Positions 58,570-64,000 of a DNA stretch of 64,000 nucleotides are shown one piece after another (positions within the stretch are counted from its first letter, which is position 1; each line of letters begins with the position of its first letter). The stretch is taken from assembly GCF_009914755.1 (NCBI RefSeq), contig NC_060947.1. One strand, 5' to 3'. The translations under genes were made by a program, and so were the position numbers. The notes below the pieces were generated by a model that did no database searches, was not told where the DNA came from, and saw nothing but the letters and a program-made list of their open reading frames with translations. Source of the DNA: the human T2T-CHM13v2.0 reference genome, Homo sapiens.

Positions 58570-59956
58570 TTAGCGCCTCTGCCCTGAGGGAGGCTGAGCC
58601 AAAAACACGGGCAGAAAGCACTGCGTGATCCACATCAACAGGGAAAGCTGCTGGAGACAGGAGCTGATGGAGAGCTGCAGTTGGCGGTGGTCTGCAGCAG
58701 TCAGTCGGCTAAATGTGAGGGGCAGAGAACATCACATTAAAGGCGACACCTCTGCACCCATCTCCCTGGGCTCCCTCGGGTGGCGGCGGGCCTGGTGTAC
58801 CAGGTCTCTGTTCTGAGACCTTGTGTTTGGGTGTTCTGAGATCTCTAGCTTTCTGCCCCTCCGGGGAGGCGGATCCCAGCCCCCAACCCACCACCCTCAT
58901 CCGCCCAGCGCCTTCCCTGTCCTGGTCCCGAACTGACATAAACAGTAGGTTGCCGGACACGGTGAAGTCCTTCAGAACCGCCCCTGGTCGGGGGAGAGGT
59001 GCGGCATCCCGGGACAGGATCCTGCGGACCAGCTCCGCTTCCATGGGCGACGAGAAAGGCATCGTGATGTGCCTGGTGGGGACCCAGTTAAGGTGCCATC
59101 TCCTAGGATTTGGCCGGTGCCCATCTCATCCCCTCAGGCTGTCTCCCCACGCACTGGCCCAGGTCCTGCAGCAACCCCACCCAGCTGTCTTGATTCCCCA
59201 CTTTCCTCTGTTGCACCTCAAGCTGACTCCTGCGTGCCCTTCCAAGGCCCTCCCCACCATGCCCCCTGCCGCATCAGCCGGGACCTCTCCCCATCGCTTG
59301 ACACCACCCCCATCCAGCCCACACCCCAGCCACCGGCTCCCACCTTGCACGCTTCCCCCCAACTCCTGATCCCTTCACACACCCAAGAACCCCTGTCTCC
59401 TGTCCCCCTGCCCCTCACCCCATCGCCCAGCACCCAACTGTGCACACGCTCCACCTCCCATCCCCTACCTACTCCCTTCCTCTGAGCCACCCCTCGACCT
59501 CCAACTCCCAGCCCCCACCCCCACCCCACCCGGCCCCTTACCCCCATCTCCCAAACCCCACCTTCCGCACCTGGCCCTGCCCTCACCCACCTCCTGGCCC
59601 TGCCCCCCACCTCTTGACCCTGTTGTCTCCGTCTCACGGCCCCCACCTCGCCACCAGAACCTCCTAGAACAGAACAGAACAGGATACAACTGAAGCAGGC
59701 GGCTGTCCGGCCTCCTGGCCCCGCAGGGGCACCTTCCATCCTGCGCAGAAGCGGCACCGCCATGCGGACCCCGCGGGGCGCCTCCTCTCGGCCCCGAGGC
59801 CCTTGCTGCCCCTGCGCCCCGGGGACCTCTGCCGCCCGTGGCACCCGCCTCTCCTGGGCCGCCAGCATTGCCCCCTGGGCCATCAGGAATGCCAGGGCCT
59901 CCTGGGCCATCAGCATCGCCCGTCGAACCCCCTGTGCCCTGGCCTTCGGCCTGCAT
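58570..59956 (-). CDS. CTAG2: Cancer/testis antigen 2 (LAGE-1): LAGE-1a 180 aa; intron-2-retaining LAGE-1b 210 aa
   Basis: Exons 59956-59688, 59072-58938 and 58708-58570. MQAEGQGTGG...AQDGRCPCGARRPDSRLLQL/HITMPFSSPMEAELVRRILSRD. With the intron retained the frame reads MSVRDQD...MFSAPHI, stop 58709-58711 (269+364=633 nt). Confidence 0.96.
58972..59916 (-). CDS. CAMEL, alternative frame of CTAG2 (109 aa)
   Basis: ATG 59916 MLMAQEALAFL..., 229 nt of exon 1 plus 101 nt of exon 2, TGA at 58972-58974. Confidence 0.75.
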
Positions 59957-60800
59957 GGCTCCGGAGCCTCTGCCCGGCTCTCAGAGAGAAGGTCAGGGCC
60001 CACGAGGATGCGGAGGCAGAGAGGCTGCAGGAAGTTCCGCCCCCTGGCGTGAGATGGGCAGCCCGGGATCCTCAGGGCGCCTGCGCACAGGGGCCCTACT
60101 TCCGGCCCTGGGAGACCCCGAGTGAGCCCCGGAGCACGTGACCGGTTCTCACCAACCCCGCCCCTCCCCAAGAGAGCCCGGGCCGGAAGGTGGCCGCAAT
60201 GCCAGCTTGGACCCCTCACCCGTGAGCAGCCGGCTGTCCGCCGGACCCCTGTCCCGGGAGCCCTGCAGGGAGTCAGGCACTGCGGGGCCCAGCCTGTCCC
60301 ATCCCCCGGGTCTCCCTCACATCGAGGAGCAAGACGGGCCTGGGAACACGGGGCCGGGACTGTGCGGCCATCGTCCCGGACCCTGCCTGCCCTGTCCGTC
60401 CTTGGGGGAGCGCCCAGGACAGACCCCGGGGGGCAGGCCTCTAACTGGGCTCAGCAGCCTCCGTCCCTGTCCTGGTCGCCCAGCTGGTGGGGTAGCTGGA
60501 ACTGCATGTCTGGTGGGCGTGGCCTCGCGCCAGCCAAGGTCTCCCAGGCGCCAGGTCCAGCCAAGGTGGACGGGAGGGCCCAGCGGGACCCGGGGCCGGA
60601 TCTCACTCCTGGGTTCAACGGGTTCTGTCCCTGTCCTAGTCGCCCCGCCTGGTGGGGGAGCTGGAGCTGCGTGTGGGGTGGGTTGCGGGTGGCCTCCCAC
60701 CAGCCAGGGGCTCCCGGGCTCTAGGCCTGGCCCAGGTGGACAGGCGGGACCTGCTGGACCTGAGGCTGGGTCGGGCCTGGCTCCTGGGTTCGGCAGTATC
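59700..60800 (-). promoter_or_regulatory. CpG island / promoter of CTAG2
   Basis: Near-identical to 25380-26480. Confidence 0.75.
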
Positions 60801-61083
60801 AGTCCCTGCCCTGGTCGCTCTTGCCTGGTAGGGAGCTGGGAGGTGACCCTGTGTCTGCTGGGTGCTGGCTTACTTCTGTGTCTGGAAGGGGGTCAGATCC
60901 ACAGGAAAGGTGCTGCGAGAGGCGGGCAGGGGTGGGGGTGGCATGGCCCTAGGAGCTGGGTGTCTGTCCCCACGCCCTGTTCACAAGTCTGTGGGGCGAG
61001 AGGCTGCAATACTCCATCCCGGGTGTCTGGGCTGCTCACCAGGCCGGCTCAGGCTTCCCACATCCTGTACCCTGGGTTGGGCA

Positions 61084-61530
61084 TGAAACCGATCCAATCG
61101 TCCCATAGGCTGTTCTTTTTGATACACATAGAAACTGACCCTTCTGGTCTTCAAGCTTGAACCTTACAGTTGTTTTATCTGAATTCCTTCCTCAGGAAAT
61201 GACCTTCGGGCCTCTCAAAATATCAAAGAACTGAAACTCACCAGATAACCACATCCAGACAATGAGATGCTGGACCCCCCAAATTCATCAGGATTGCTTT
61301 CTGGGCCCTCCCGAGTTCCTGTTTTCCTACACATTGGTGCATTTCTTCCTGGCTATATAAACCCCTAGTTTTAGTCAGGGGGATGGATTTGAGACTTAAC
61401 TCCCATCTCCCCGGCTGCAGCACCCAATTAAAGCCGTCTTCCCTGGTAATGCTCTTCGTCTCAGTCAGTCATTGGCTTTCTGTGCGGCCAGCAGCAGGAC
61501 GTAGACCAAACCCTTGGTATTTCGGTAACA
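61084..61530 (+). mobile_element. Solo ERV1 LTR (LTR26/LTR8-group-like)
   Basis: TGAAACCG...CGGTAACA termini, perfect 4-bp TSD GGCA, TATATAAA near 61354 and ATTAAA near 61427. Confidence 0.75.
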
Positions 61531-62881
61531 GGCACACCCCCAGGAAGGGACCCCGGACACGGCTACCACCTCTAGGCTTAAAGCGAATGCACTTCCCGCA
61601 TCTCCAGTCTTCCGTGTAGCAGCTTTAACCTATGTATGTCTGTGCCACATCCAGTCCTCAGACGGCTGAGTGACCCCAAGAAAGGCTTCCCCGACACCCA
61701 GACAGAGGCTGCAGGGCTGGGGCTGGGTGAGGGTGGCGGGCCTGCGGGGACATTCTACTGTGCTAAAAAGCCACTGCAGACATAGCAATAAAAACATGTC
61801 ATTTTCCAAAGCAGGCTCCTGCTTCTGCCTCTGCTGCTCTAAGAAGGGGTCAGGGTGCAGGAGGCAGGGGGAACCTCCTCCAGCTGGAGCTGCTGCGGTG
61901 AGCAAGGCTCTGCTCTGGAGGCCTCTGAGGCTGGCACCCTTCTGGGGACTGGGAAGGGGGCAGGGAAGGCAGCAGCCCAGGGAAAGCCTCGTCCCCCTGG
62001 AGCCGAGGCAGTTGGGGAGAGCAGGACGAGAGTGAGCTGGAGAGCAGCCACACCGATGGGTAAGGGTGGGTGAAGGGATTCCACAGGTGTCTAGAAAACT
62101 GGAAAGAGCTCCTTAGCAGGTCCAGGCCCCAGGTGTAGGGGAGGACCAGATGTGGAGGATGAAGACGGTTGTCCAGAGGGATCTCCAGGCGTTGGCATTA
62201 TTGGGTCCTACTGAGATGCTGTCAAGGAGAAAACACAGGCTGTGTGTGGCAGGGCGACAAATGAGTGCTGCTGCCAAGCTCTGTCCTGTTTTCTGTGCAC
62301 GTCTCAGAGCCCCTCCAGTGACCGTCATCTCCGGCCTCCTCCTGCGCCTCTGTGTTCGTAGACATCTTCTCACATCTCAGATCCTGCTGAGCCTCTGGGC
62401 CCCCTGCACGTGCCTTCTGCCTCTCGGCTGCTGGGGTGGGGACCTCTGTGCCCTGTGCCAGCGCCTCTCCTGCAGCTCACAACACATCTGCTTTTTCTCC
62501 TGCGCCCTGCACAGGGTGGGCCTGGAAGCTCTGGGGAAGTTGTACCCTTGGACACAGCCCCCCACCGATGGGGCCAAGAGTCACTGGATAAAAGTCTTAG
62601 TCTCTCACCCTTTGAAGGACAACTCTGAGGTGCGGCTGACTGTGGAGCGAATGAAATGAAACGGATGCACGGGGATGGGTGTGGACAAAGGAATGCCGAC
62701 TTCTCAGGCTGCCGATACATATCTCAGTAGAAGCACGGGGGAATGCTATATAGAGAAATATTTCTATAGTATCTGAAGTGTTTAGAATGTATTGACCTAA
62801 TATATACACAATAAAAGTAAAAACATTGGAAGAAAATTTAGATGAACTTTATTTGATTGTTGGAATGGAAAAGACTTTTCT

Positions 62882-63432
62882 CTCTTTCTTTCTTTCTTTC
62901 TCTCCTTTTCTTTCTTTCTTTCTTTTCTTTCCTTTTTTTCATTATTATACCTTAAGTGCTGGGGTACATGTGCACAACGTGCAGGTTTGTTACATAGGTA
63001 TACATGTGCCATGCTGGTTTGCTGCACCCATCAACTTGTTGACCTAGCAATCCCATTACTGGGTATATACCCAAAGGATTGTAAATCATTCTACTATAAA
63101 GACACATGCACATGTATGTTTATTGCAGCACTCTTCACAATAGCAAAGACTTGGAACCAACCCAAATGCCCATCAATGTTAGACTGGATTTTAAAACTGT
63201 GGCACATATACACCATGAAATATATGCAGCCATGAAAGAGAATGAGTTCATGTCGTTTGCAGAGACATGGATGAAGCTGGAAACCATCATTTTCAGCAAA
63301 TTAACACAGGAACAGAAAACCAAACACCGCATGTTCTCACTCGTAAGTGGGAGTTGAACAATGTGGACACAGGGAGGGGAACATCACACACCGGGGCCTG
63401 TTGGGGGTGGGGGGCTGGGGGAGGGATAGCAT
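62882..63432. mobile_element. 5'-inverted, truncated L1PA insertion
   Basis: Degenerate T tail plus antisense L1 3' end to ~63035, then sense L1 sequence. 16-bp TSD TGGAAAAGACTTTTCT at 62866 and 63433. Confidence 0.88.
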
Positions 63433-64000
63433 TGGAAAAGACTTTTCTAAGCCTACTAGCAATGAGAATAATAATAACCAATAACATTTGTTGGGTGGTC
63501 ACCACGTCCCAAGCCACTGTTGTAAGCACTAGACAAGAATTGGCTCATTTATCCAGAAATACACCACATTTTCATTGTCGTTATCCTTGGCGGTGAGATA
63601 ACGGTTGGTTTTTTATTTTCTCTTCCGAACTTGCCCATATTTCCTCTTCTTTTGCAGTGAACATGTATTACATTTATAAGCAGAAAGCGATTAAGAAAGT
63701 TATTCATTACTTGCTGTTGAGGAAAATTTCTAATTAGCTCTGGAGTGAGCCAGTTTGCCAAAGTTTAAATTAGCCTGTTCAATTCATTGGAGGCCATATT
63801 TTTCCTCTGAAACTTGTTCTAATTGGCACCTTTTCTTGATGTAATGAGGCGGACGGTGCCGTGATGAAGTCTCTGAAGTCACCGAGCCTCGGGGCCCACG
63901 CTAGACACCACGGGGCAGATGTCGCCCGGCTCTCCCGGTCATCTCTGTGGCTTTCAGCCGCTTCCAAAAAACAATTGTTTCCAAATTCCACACACACAGT

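Larger units (their letters stand above)
56771..60960. repeat. CTAG2 duplicon, paralogous to 22186-26650 (direct) plus 2432-2762 (inverted)
   Basis: Collinear sequence match by eye; lacks the provirus and the extra Alus. Confidence 0.88.

Noticed and set aside
62150-62659. Possible degenerate olfactory receptor fragment
   Set aside because: Only faint resemblance (HICFFSCAL); no PMYFFL, MAYDRYVAIC or KAFSTC motif.

Overview
Primate (almost certainly human) genomic DNA from the Xq28 IKBKG/CTAG segmental-duplication region, identified from recognisable protein sequences. Left to right: (1) the env and 3' LTR of a + strand HERV-K(HML-2) provirus; (2) a repeat-rich spacer; (3) the distal arm of the ~35 kb inverted repeat (about 19.5-55 kb), which holds a truncated minus-strand 5' half of the same provirus, CTAG1B (NY-ESO-1), a full-length ATF4 processed pseudogene, a FAM223-type ORF and the promoterless NEMO copy IKBKGP1 (exons 3-10 with its two MER67B direct repeats exactly 11,700 bp apart); (4) CTAG2 (LAGE-1). 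Most features are known. The least-explained observations are these. First, the CAMEL alternative frame of CTAG2 exon 1 is in splice phase with the fully intact IKBKGP1 exons 3-10, so a read-through splice would give a 433-aa CAMEL-NEMO fusion (untested inference). Second, one provirus is split between palindrome arm and spacer, with its target-site duplication and two empty pre-integration copies visible. Third, CTAG1B and CTAG2 show block-wise gene conversion. Repeat family names were assigned by eye and need RepeatMasker confirmation.
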